Source of the DNA: an uncultured Clostridia bacterium
GTDB lineage: Bacteria > Bacillota > Clostridia > Oscillospirales > Acutalibacteraceae
Length of the DNA: 64,000 nucleotides
Direction of reading: 5' to 3'
Assembly: GCA_947630835.1 (NCBI GenBank)
Contig: CANRIZ010000005.1
Coordinates: 14,349-78,348 of the forward strand
Part shown: positions 9,145-17,257 of the stretch, in pieces
How the letters are laid out: each line of letters opens with the position of its first letter
How positions within the stretch are numbered: position 1 is the first letter of the stretch
Translations under genes and position numbers: made by a program
The notes under the pieces: generated by a model
Told to the model about the DNA's origin: nothing
The model's input: the letters and a program-made list of their open reading frames with translations, nothing else
Databases searched by the model: none

Positions 9145-9404
9145 CGCCTCTTTTGATTTATAAAACTATTTTAATATATCCGCAAAATTTTTTCAACACC
9201 GAATTAAAGAGCAAAAACCATTGAAAATATGCGGTTGCGGTAAAAAGCAACCGAAGGTTTCCCCAAAAAGAAGGCTGTGCAAACCGAAATTGGTGGCGCA
9301 ACCAAAGCTTTTTTTGTACAATACGGTTGAAAAGTGCGAACGGTATTATTCGCCCGCCGCAGTAAATAAAATTAATTAAGAAATCGATAAAAGGAGAAAC
9401 AGAT

Positions 9405-10358
9405 ATGAAAAAAACAAATACAATCCATTTCGGCATACAGAGAAAAATAATTTCAAATATGACCTCCGAAAGCTGGGAAACGATACCGCACGTTTCCTAC
9501 AATTACGAGCCGGACGTTACGGCGTTTATGTCGGAATACAAAAGGCTTAATCTCGCGAGGGACAAAAAGGATAAAATTTCCGTAAACACGCTTATGTTAA
9601 AGGTTATAACCGAGGGCTTAAAGGCGGCGCCCGTTATGAACTCGCATATTGAATTTAACCGCAAGCTCGTTAGAGGTAAGCTGACCACATATGAGGATAT
9701 TAACATCTCCATGCCGACTATACTCCCGAACGGCGAGATGATGACGGTCAACCTGCATAATTTTGAAAACAAGAACCTCGACGAAATGTCGGACTCGGTA
9801 AAGGATATTGTGCGCCGAGCGGAAAATACCGATTTAAACGAAGCTATGTTCGAGGTATCGCTTGACAACACCCTGACTGCGCTGAAAAAGGGAAAAATTA
9901 TGCAGACCGTATACAGGCTGATAGGTTCAAAGACGGGCAAGCACAGGGTTAAAACCCTTAAAGGCAAGGCTAAAAGGGAATACAACGCCATACCCGAAAA
10001 TAAAAGGCTTACAAAGCGCGATATTGAGCAAGGCACAACCACGGTTTCAAATATCGGCTCAACCTACCGCCGCCAAAGGGGCTCAACCTGCCTGCTTGAA
10101 ATAATACCGCCGCAGGTAACGGCGTTTGCGGTGGGAGCGGTTCAGGATAAGCCCGTTGTTGTTTCGGACGCTTTCGGAAACAAAAGGGTTGAAGCAAGGC
10201 AGATACTTCCCATCTGCATAGCCTTTGACCACCGCGCGATAGACTTCGGCGATATTGTGCCGTTTCTTGAACGCCTCGACGACATATTTGAAAACCCGGA
10301 GCAAATAAGGGGCTGGGTTTCTCAATATGAAGAAACGGCGGCAAGCTTCGGAGCGTGA
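9405..10358 (+). CDS. Stand-alone 2-oxoacid dehydrogenase E2-type acyltransferase catalytic domain (no lipoyl or E1/E3-binding domains)
   Basis: CAT-like active-site motif ICIAFDHRAIDFGD (DHRxxDG). At 317 aa it is too short for N-terminal lipoyl domains. A strong RBS (AAAGGAGAAAC) is present. Confidence 0.75.
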   Translation: MKKTNTIHFGIQRKIISNMTSESWETIPHVSYNYEPDVTAFMSEYKRLNLARDKKDKISVNTLMLKVITEGLKAAPVMNSHIEFNRKLVRGKLTTYEDINISMPTILPNGEMMTVNLHNFENKNLDEMSDSVKDIVRRAENTDLNEAMFEVSLDNTLTALKKGKIMQTVYRLIGSKTGKHRVKTLKGKAKREYNAIPENKRLTKRDIEQGTTTVSNIGSTYRRQRGSTCLLEIIPPQVTAFAVGAVQDKPVVVSDAFGNKRVEARQILPICIAFDHRAIDFGDIVPFLERLDDIFENPEQIRGWVSQYEETAASFGA

Positions 10359-10360
10359 AA

Positions 10361-10603
10361 TCACTTCAACTGCCGAAACATATTCGCCGCGGACTCCCTT
10401 GTAGCGTATTCGCTTATTTCCAAAACTTCATACTCGGTCAGCTTTTCGCCGAACTGTATTTGTATTATATCGCCCTGCTTCACTTCATACGAGGCACGGG
10501 CGGTTTTTCCGTTTACGCAAACATGCTTTGCGTCGCAAAGCTCGTTTGCAACCGTCCTTCTTTTTACTATTCTCGAAACCTTTAAATATTTATCAAGACG
10601 CAT
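10361..10603 (-). CDS. rqcP: S4-domain RNA-binding protein, YabO/RqcP-like
   Basis: MRLDKYLKVSRIVKRRTVANELCDAKHVCVNGKTARASYEVKQGD closely parallels B. subtilis YabO. It lies next to mazG (yabN) and a yabM-like flippase, as in Bacillus. Confidence 0.8.
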   Translation of the reverse strand: MRLDKYLKVSRIVKRRTVANELCDAKHVCVNGKTARASYEVKQGDIIQIQFGEKLTEYEVLEISEYATRESAANMFRQLK

Positions 10604-10650
10604 ACTTTTTTCCTTTCGCTTATATTTTTTATTTTGTACTTAAACTTGAG

Positions 10651-10688
10651 AAAACAAAAAAACAGGGGAAAGAACAAGTCTTTCCCCC
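10651..10688 (-). terminator. Rho-independent terminator of hup
   Basis: On the minus strand: GGGGAAAGA-cttgt-TCTTTCCCC followed by TGTTTTTTTGTTTT. Confidence 0.8.
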
Positions 10689-10709
10689 GAATATGCTGAG
10701 ATAATTAAA

Positions 10710-10982
10710 TTATTTAACAGCATCTTTAAGAGCAGCGCCCGCTTTGAATGCAGGTACCTTGCTTGCCTTAATAGTCATTTTTTCGCCTGTTCTGGGGTTA
10801 CGTCCTTCCTTAGCCGAGCGAGCGCGAACCTCAAATGTGCCGAATCCGATAAGCTGAACCTTCTCGCCCTTTTTAAGAGCGCCCTCGATTGCACCGAAAA
10901 CTGCCTTTACCGCTGCGTCTGCGTCTTTCTTTGAAAGACCGGCATTCTCTGCAACTGCTGCAATAAGTTCTGTCTTATTCAT
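10710..10982 (-). CDS. hup: DNA-binding protein HU
   Basis: [32 protein letters not shown]...[26 protein letters not shown]. Start is at ATG 10982 with a GGAGGAAAC RBS. The longer ORF-track start would overlap mazG. Confidence 0.95.
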   Translation of the reverse strand: MNKTELIAAVAENAGLSKKDADAAVKAVFGAIEGALKKGEKVQLIGFGTFEVRARSAKEGRNPRTGEKMTIKASKVPAFKAGAALKDAVK

Positions 10983-11035
10983 TTTTGTTTCCTCCATTTT
11001 CGTTTTTACAATATTTCCAAAAGTGCAAACACACT

Positions 11036-11848
11036 TTAATATGGACCGTTTGATTTTTTGACCTCGTTCCAAAGCCTTTCCAGCTCCTCAAGCGAGGCTG
11101 AATTAATGTCGATATTTCTTTCCCCCGCAAGTCTTTCGACCTCGGAAAAGCGATTTATAAACTTGTCGCAGGAAGACGATAGAGCCTCCTCCGGGTCAAC
11201 GCCTATAAACCTTGAAACATTTACCGCGGAAAAGAGCAAATCGCCCAACTCCTCCGCCATATTTTCGCCGTCGTTGTTTTCGACCGCCGCTTTAAGCTCC
11301 GCCGTTTCCTCATAAAGCTTTCCGAAAGCGCCGGAAACGTCCTGCCAATCAAAGCCGACCTTTGCCGCCTTTTGCTGTATTTTTTCGCTTCTCATCAAAG
11401 CGGGAAGCTCGCGGGGAACAGAAAGCATTTTTTCGGTTTGAGTTTTTCTGTTTTTGCTTTTTGACTTAATCTCTTCCCAGTTTAGCAATACCTCGCCGCT
11501 GTCCTTAACCTCGATATCCGCAAAAACGTGCGGATGCCTTTCGATAAGCTTTTTGCATATGCCGTCGCAAACGTCGGAAAAATCGAAATTTGACTTTTCG
11601 CTTTCCATTTCGGAATGGAAAACGACCTGCAAAAGAACGTCTCCCAATTCCTCTTTAAGAAGCTCGCCGTCTTTTTTGTTGATAGCCTCTATAACCTCGT
11701 ATGTTTCCTCTATAAGCGACTTCTTAATAGACTCGTGCGTTTGTTCCCTGTCCCAAGGGCAGCCGGACTCGCCGCGAAGAATTTTCATAATAAGGAGCAA
11801 GTCGTCAATATTATATGTTTTTTTAAAAACAAAATCAACCTTCATCAA
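11036..11848 (-). CDS. mazG: MazG-family nucleoside triphosphate pyrophosphohydrolase (tandem MazG domains)
   Basis: [27 protein letters not shown]...[10 protein letters not shown], and a second EExxE/ELGDLLF repeat. Confidence 0.9.
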   Translation of the reverse strand: MMKVDFVFKKTYNIDDLLLIMKILRGESGCPWDREQTHESIKKSLIEETYEVIEAINKKDGELLKEELGDVLLQVVFHSEMESEKSNFDFSDVCDGICKKLIERHPHVFADIEVKDSGEVLLNWEEIKSKSKNRKTQTEKMLSVPRELPALMRSEKIQQKAAKVGFDWQDVSGAFGKLYEETAELKAAVENNDGENMAEELGDLLFSAVNVSRFIGVDPEEALSSSCDKFINRFSEVERLAGERNIDINSASLEELERLWNEVKKSNGPY

Positions 11849-11872
11849 AAAACAAGCCCCTTTGCCACTATT

Positions 11873-13657
11873 TTACTCCATAAATCCGTATTTTGCAAGT
11901 ATTTTAGCAATTTTTTCTCCTTTTGGAAGCATTAAAACGTCTTCTTTTGCTATTCCGTTGACCAAAAGCATGGAAATTGCATATACCACGACCGCCAAAA
12001 TCACCGCTATAATCGTCGCTATAAGGTTTGAAACCGAATGTCCGCCCCTGTTTATTTCGGGCAGAAGACTTATGAAAATGCCGTGCGAGGTGTACGCGGC
12101 TATTCCGCAAAGCACGCTGCAAATAAGCGGCTTTACGGCTATCGACATATAATTGAGCTTAACCTTGGTATTTCGTATCAGCGCAACAAGATTTATCAAA
12201 ACGATTATTGTATAGCAAACAACCGTGCCTATAACTGCTCCGTTGATATTAAGAGCCGGTATGCCTATAAAGATATAATTTGTAATTACCTTCGCTATAG
12301 CGCCTATGGAAAGCGAATAAACGGGCACTTTCGCCTTGCCTATAGCCTGAAGCATATTAGTCATAGGCTGTGACAGGGAAATTAAGAAAATCGTATATCC
12401 GTATGCCGCCATAATGGGTGCGGCTATGGAAACCGCGTCCGCCGATTTTCCCGTTTCGTACATAAGCTGTAAAATAGGATAGGACAAAACGCCCATACCT
12501 ATACCGGCGGGAAGCGAAAACATCATCGTTATTCTCAAAACGGATTCAACCGACTGCTTTAACTGCTGCTTATCCTTTAACGCCCATGCCGCGGAAAGCG
12601 CCGGAATTGCGCTTACGCCGAGAGTCATGGTTATTGAAGGAATCAGATTTTTAAAATCCAGCGACATAGTATACGCGCCGTAGAGATATTTGGGAATATC
12701 GGCGTCAAGTATATTGGAAACGGCAAGCTGCGCGCCGTAAAGATTTCTTATATAGCCTAAATTATGCTCTATCATGGTTGCAAGCCTGTTTTGGATAGTC
12801 ATAGAGTCGATAAGATTTGTAACGCTGAAAACAAGCGACGACGCAACTACGGGAACGGCAAGCGAAACAAGGGATTTGGCTATGGACTGCGGACTCTCCG
12901 GCTTCGGCGAAAGCGCAAGCTCCTGCCTTGTAATTCCGTCGCCCTTGATTTTGTGAAGCAGCATAACGTAAATCATACCGATTATAGTGCCCACGGTAAC
13001 GCCTATTGCGGCCGCGGCGGCGGCATAGGGGTAAATTGCGGAGGAAGCCTCCGCCTCGGTGGAAACGACCTTGCCGTAAACGCTTAGCCCCTGCTCGAAC
13101 CTTGAATAGCCGTATGTTATTGAGAATTTTGCGCACAAAAGCCCGAAAATGACCTTGCCCACGGCTTCCCAGACCTCGGACATTGCGGTAGGCGTCATAT
13201 TCCTCATTCCGTTGTAATAGCCCCTGTAAATGGACATAATACAGCAGAAGAAAATCGAAGGCGTAATTGCAAAAATTGCGGGAAGCGCCTCGAGACTTTT
13301 TGCAAGATAAGCGTAAGGGAAGGCTAAAATCAGCAAAAGCACCGTGCCTAAAGTGCCGGTTATGAGGAAAAGCCTTGCGGCGACCTTAAAGGTCAGCCTT
13401 GCGTCCCTGAAGCGTTTGAGCGCTATCTGCTGGGATACCATTTTTGAAACCGCGACGGGAAGCCCCGCCATAGATATTGTATAAATGGGTATATACAGAT
13501 TGTACGCAGAGTCAAAATACCCTCTGCCGACCGCGCCGACCATATTTGAAAGAGGGATTTTGTAAAGTATTCCTATTATTTTAACTATTAGCGTTGCGGC
13601 GGCAAGAACCATTGCGCCGTTGAGCAAAGACTGGCTTTTTCTTTTACCTTGAGCCAA
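11873..13657 (-). CDS. MOP-superfamily flippase (SpoVB/YabM/MurJ-like polysaccharide or lipid II exporter)
   Basis: 594 aa and polytopic (about 14 TM). The N-terminus is LLNGAMVLAAATLIVKIIGILYKIPL. Position is syntenic with yabM. Apparent TTG start. Confidence 0.75.
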   Translation of the reverse strand: MAQGKRKSQSLLNGAMVLAAATLIVKIIGILYKIPLSNMVGAVGRGYFDSAYNLYIPIYTISMAGLPVAVSKMVSQQIALKRFRDARLTFKVAARLFLITGTLGTVLLLILAFPYAYLAKSLEALPAIFAITPSIFFCCIMSIYRGYYNGMRNMTPTAMSEVWEAVGKVIFGLLCAKFSITYGYSRFEQGLSVYGKVVSTEAEASSAIYPYAAAAAAIGVTVGTIIGMIYVMLLHKIKGDGITRQELALSPKPESPQSIAKSLVSLAVPVVASSLVFSVTNLIDSMTIQNRLATMIEHNLGYIRNLYGAQLAVSNILDADIPKYLYGAYTMSLDFKNLIPSITMTLGVSAIPALSAAWALKDKQQLKQSVESVLRITMMFSLPAGIGMGVLSYPILQLMYETGKSADAVSIAAPIMAAYGYTIFLISLSQPMTNMLQAIGKAKVPVYSLSIGAIAKVITNYIFIGIPALNINGAVIGTVVCYTIIVLINLVALIRNTKVKLNYMSIAVKPLICSVLCGIAAYTSHGIFISLLPEINRGGHSVSNLIATIIAVILAVVVYAISMLLVNGIAKEDVLMLPKGEKIAKILAKYGFME

Positions 13658-13704
13658 TAAATCACACCCTTACCGATATAAAATATCATTAATAACGGAT
13701 ATTG

Positions 13705-14637
13705 TCAAATTTTAGGACCGATAAATTCCCGCAAAAGCGAATCGCTCGGCACCAAATCCGTCGGAATGCTCTCAAAAAGCTTTAGAGATTCCGAAAGCTT
13801 TTTTGCGTCCTGCCGATATTCCTCGGGAAGCTCCGCCTCCTCCAACAGCTTCAAAGCCGTATCCCTGAAAAGGCAGGGCTCGCAAAGGTGAATGGAGTTT
13901 ATTCTTACGTCCGCCATATCCTCGTAAGGGAAAAGATATTTTTCCTCGCCCTCGCAGACGCTTTTCCAAAGATTATATGTGTTTTCAACCGAACTGCCTC
14001 TGAAATTGTAATCCCTTATCATTCTTCTTGTAAATCTCAAATTGCGCTTGTTTAAGATAATTTTTCCCTTATTGTCGTAAATTCTCGAAGATACGCTTAT
14101 GTAAATTTTAAGCATTTTGAGATTTCTCAAATCGCTTGTAACAACGGGGTTTAAAGCATGCAGTCCCTCCACTATTACGGCGTCGTTTTTATCGAGCGTC
14201 AAAAGCGTATAATCATCGCTTCTCTTGCCCGTGAGAAAATCAAACTTGGGTATTTTTGTGGTTTTTCCCTCCATAAGGCTTTTAAGGGTATGCGAAAGGT
14301 ACGGAAGGTCAAGCGCGTTAACGGTTTCAAAATCGGGATTTCCCTCGGCGTAACCGGGTATCTGTTCTCGGTCAAGATAAAAATCGTCAAGCGATATTAC
14401 ATAGGTTTTCATACCCAAAGAAGTAAAGGTTTCCGCAATTTTTTTAGCCGTTGTGGTTTTTCCCGACGAGGAAGGGCCGGCAAGCATTATAATCTCCCTG
14501 CCGGTATCGTCAAGCACCCTTTCGGCTATGTTGTTTATGATATTCCTGTAACGAAGCTCCGCCCTTGCGATAATCGCCTTGGGGTTTTCCTTTGCAAGCT
14601 CGTTTATATGCTCTAATCTGTTGTTCATATTTGACAT
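13705..14637 (-). CDS. Uridine-kinase/PRK-like P-loop nucleoside kinase
   Basis: Walker A LAGPSSSGKTTTAKKI, then LDDFY and VEGLHALN motifs typical of the Udk/PRK family. Confidence 0.6.
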   Translation of the reverse strand: MSNMNNRLEHINELAKENPKAIIARAELRYRNIINNIAERVLDDTGREIIMLAGPSSSGKTTTAKKIAETFTSLGMKTYVISLDDFYLDREQIPGYAEGNPDFETVNALDLPYLSHTLKSLMEGKTTKIPKFDFLTGKRSDDYTLLTLDKNDAVIVEGLHALNPVVTSDLRNLKMLKIYISVSSRIYDNKGKIILNKRNLRFTRRMIRDYNFRGSSVENTYNLWKSVCEGEEKYLFPYEDMADVRINSIHLCEPCLFRDTALKLLEEAELPEEYRQDAKKLSESLKLFESIPTDLVPSDSLLREFIGPKI

Positions 14638-14640
14638 TGT

Positions 14641-16104
14641 CTATTCCTGCCTGTTGTCTTGATAAAATTTATATATTTTTTCTTTTCGCTTTAAAAGCGT
14701 TTCAAACCCGTTTATATATTCATACGGATATTTGTAGTTGAATATTCTGTCAATCGCCGAAGAATACGGAGCTTTAAGCCTTGTCACCGCTCCCGCGCCG
14801 ACGGCGAATACCGAGTGACATTCCTCCATCATAAATATATTGTAAAGACATTCCCTGCCGTTAAGGCAGCAGCCCGTATTTTCAAGATTTCCCAAGGATT
14901 TTGCCTGGCGGTACATATAGTACGGATGATACCCGTTTTTGCCAAGCTCGCCGTAGGCGTATTCGAGCATAGCGTTTGCAAGGGCGCTTTTTTCCGCCTC
15001 CACCCTGCCGCCCTGCGCCATATCGGACGAACGCTTGAGCGCAAGGGTATGTACGGTGATGTTTTCGGGTGTAAAGCTTATCGCCTTGTCAAGCGAAAAC
15101 CTGAAGCCCTCGAGCGTATCGCCGGGAAGCCCCGCTATAAGGTCCGTATTGATATTGTCAAAGCCGTATTCCCGTGCAAGCTCAAACGCCCTGCAAGCCT
15201 GCCCGGAGGTATGCCGCCTGCCGATTTTGTTTAAAACACTGTCGGAAAAGGTTTGCGGATTTATACTTATTCTCGATACTCCGCCCTGTTTCATAAGCCG
15301 AAGCTTGCCCTCGGTTACGGTGTCCGGTCTGCCCGCCTCTATCGTATATTCACGAACGGCGGAAAGGTCAAAATTTTTGTCTATCGCCTCCATCAGCCTT
15401 TCAAGCTGATTTTCGTTTAATACGGTCGGCGTTCCCCCGCCGAAGTATACGGTTTCAAGCCGAAGTCCCAAAGACCTTGCCGTTTTTGCGGTATATTCCG
15501 TTTCTTTTATAAGATAATCCATGTATTCGGGCAAAAGCTTTTGCGCAAGTTCCTCGGTCATAGTCTGCGAAACAAAGGAGCAATAGCTGCACCTTGACGG
15601 GCAAAACGGAATTGAAACGTACAGACTGAAGGAGTCCGGCCTTGACAAGGCTATGATTTTTTCTTCGGCGTCGGCAACGCTCTGCGCGAGCTTCGCTTTA
15701 TCCTCTGCGACAAAGTAGCTTTCCTTAAAAATCCGCAAGCCCTCTTTTTCGCTGTATTCCTCCTCCAAGCTTCTCAAAAGCTTCGACGGGCGTATTCCCG
15801 TAAGCAAGCCCCATTTGGGAGTATAACCGCTCGCCTTTTTTAAAGCTTTAAAAACCAAGGTCATAACGGCAAGCTCTTTGTCGGGATTACCCTCCTCGGG
15901 TAAGCTCTGCGAAAAAATTTCGTTTCCGTTCTCATCGGCGTACTCAACCCTGATTTCACCGTTTTCTATAGCCGTGGTAAGCTTTGACTGCGACCGAGCC
16001 GGAGTTTTTAAGTAAACAACGTTAATCTTTTCGTTGGGATAGAAAACTCTTGCGAGCTTTTCCGCCTCGTACTGATATTCGTGATTTAAAATTTCGAGTA
16101 TCAT
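14641..16104 (-). CDS. hemZ: Radical SAM HemN-like protein (HemZ-type coproporphyrinogen dehydrogenase family)
   Basis: CxxxCxxC cluster motif IPFCPSRCSYCSF, GGGTPT, and a HemN C-terminal-like region. 487 aa. Confidence 0.7.
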   Translation of the reverse strand: MILEILNHEYQYEAEKLARVFYPNEKINVVYLKTPARSQSKLTTAIENGEIRVEYADENGNEIFSQSLPEEGNPDKELAVMTLVFKALKKASGYTPKWGLLTGIRPSKLLRSLEEEYSEKEGLRIFKESYFVAEDKAKLAQSVADAEEKIIALSRPDSFSLYVSIPFCPSRCSYCSFVSQTMTEELAQKLLPEYMDYLIKETEYTAKTARSLGLRLETVYFGGGTPTVLNENQLERLMEAIDKNFDLSAVREYTIEAGRPDTVTEGKLRLMKQGGVSRISINPQTFSDSVLNKIGRRHTSGQACRAFELAREYGFDNINTDLIAGLPGDTLEGFRFSLDKAISFTPENITVHTLALKRSSDMAQGGRVEAEKSALANAMLEYAYGELGKNGYHPYYMYRQAKSLGNLENTGCCLNGRECLYNIFMMEECHSVFAVGAGAVTRLKAPYSSAIDRIFNYKYPYEYINGFETLLKRKEKIYKFYQDNRQE

Positions 16105-16146
16105 TTTAATCTCCGCGGCGGCAGTAAAAGCCGCCGAAATTTAAGC

Positions 16147-16785
16147 TTATTTTATCCTGCGGCTCATATACCTGTTGCGCCGTCTTTCGTTTTCGAGCGT
16201 TGTGGAACGGTTATGGCCGGGATAAATTGTATAATCCCCGTCAAGCCTTGAAAGCCTTGTGACGGACTCGAGCATTTCCTCATCGCTTCCGCCCTCAAAA
16301 TCCGTTCTGCCTACCGTCAGCGCAAAAAGGGTGTCGCCGGTAAAAATAATTCTGTCCTTTTCAATTATATAGCACACCCCGCCCTTTGTATGCCCGGGCG
16401 TGTGCATAACCTTGATCTCCGTTTCGCCGAGATTCAGAACGTCGCCCTGCGAAACGAGCAAATCCGCCTGCATGGGAATTTGCGAAAAACCCCCTGCGGA
16501 AAGCGCAAGGCTCTTGCCTGCGTCTTTTAAGCAGTCTGCGTCGTCGGGATGAATAGCCACCTCGGCGCCGGTAAATTCCTTTAAGGCGGGTACGCCGAGT
16601 ATATGGTCGAAATGCCCGTGCGTAAGCAGAATGTATTTTACGTTTTTGCCGACGAGCGCCTCTTTTAACCGTTCGTTAAAGTCGCCTGCGTCTATAACGG
16701 CGGAAAGCCCGCTTTGACTGTCGGTAATAATATAGGTATTCGCCCCTACGGGGCCCAAAACAAGTGTTTCAACCTTAATCGGCAT
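16147..16785 (-). CDS. MBL-fold metallo-hydrolase (glyoxalase II-like)
   Basis: LLTHGHFDH metal-binding motif, then HTPGHTKG and GDTLF. Confidence 0.85.
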   Translation of the reverse strand: MPIKVETLVLGPVGANTYIITDSQSGLSAVIDAGDFNERLKEALVGKNVKYILLTHGHFDHILGVPALKEFTGAEVAIHPDDADCLKDAGKSLALSAGGFSQIPMQADLLVSQGDVLNLGETEIKVMHTPGHTKGGVCYIIEKDRIIFTGDTLFALTVGRTDFEGGSDEEMLESVTRLSRLDGDYTIYPGHNRSTTLENERRRNRYMSRRIK

Positions 16786-17242
16786 CTTTTTTTCTCCAAA
16801 TTTCGGTATCGTAAAGTATGGTAACCGGTCCGTCGTTCAAAAGGCTTACCTGCATATGCGCTCCGAAAACGCCCTTTTCGACCTTTTTTACGCCGTTTTC
16901 GATTAACTGTTCGCAGTAATACTCGTAAAGCTCGTTTGCCGTCCCCGGTTCGGCGGCGTTTATAAACGAGGGCCTGTTGCCTTTTTTAACGTCGGCAAGC
17001 AGAGTAAACTGCGAAACGGCAAGTATCTCCCCGCCCGTATCTAAAACGGATAAATTCATTTTATCCTCATCGTCGGTAAATATTCTGAGGTTGGCGGTCT
17101 TTCTGGCAAGTATTTCGGCGTCCTGCTTTTCGTCGCCTTCCTTTACGCCGACCAATATCATAAGTCCGCCTTCGATTTCCCCCGCAATTTTGCCCTCCGC
17201 TTCAACACGGGCGTATTTTACCCTCTGTATTACTGCTTTCAT
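16775..17242 (-). CDS. dtd: D-aminoacyl-tRNA deacylase
   Basis: MKAVIQRV...SQFTLLAD...G.RPSF; about 150 aa. Overlaps the downstream MBL gene by 11 nt. Confidence 0.9.
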   Translation of the reverse strand: MKAVIQRVKYARVEAEGKIAGEIEGGLMILVGVKEGDEKQDAEILARKTANLRIFTDDEDKMNLSVLDTGGEILAVSQFTLLADVKKGNRPSFINAAEPGTANELYEYYCEQLIENGVKKVEKGVFGAHMQVSLLNDGPVTILYDTEIWRKKDAD

Positions 17243-17257
17243 TTTTCCTCCGAAAAA

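Noticed and set aside
9278-9312. GCAAACCGAAATTGGTGGCGCAACCAAAGC, reminiscent of the GCAAA...GAAA...ACGCAAAGC core of c-di-GMP-I (GEMM-I) riboswitches.
   Set aside because: The required P1 helix would be only 2-3 bp, and no second (P2) hairpin or tetraloop-receptor arrangement follows. The resemblance is probably fortuitous, so it is left as an unassigned structured leader.
10983-11072. A longer 120-aa version of the HU gene starting at 11072.
   Set aside because: The extension ([16 protein letters not shown]...) overlaps the 3' end of mazG and has no RBS. The canonical HU N-terminus MNKTELI starts at 10982, directly after GGAGGAAAC.
16105-16146. GC-rich hairpin (GCGGCGGC...GCCGCCG) between the MBL gene and hemZ, as a possible terminator.
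   Set aside because: No T-run follows on the coding (minus) strand, and it abuts the hemZ RBS. It is more likely an intercistronic stem within one operon.
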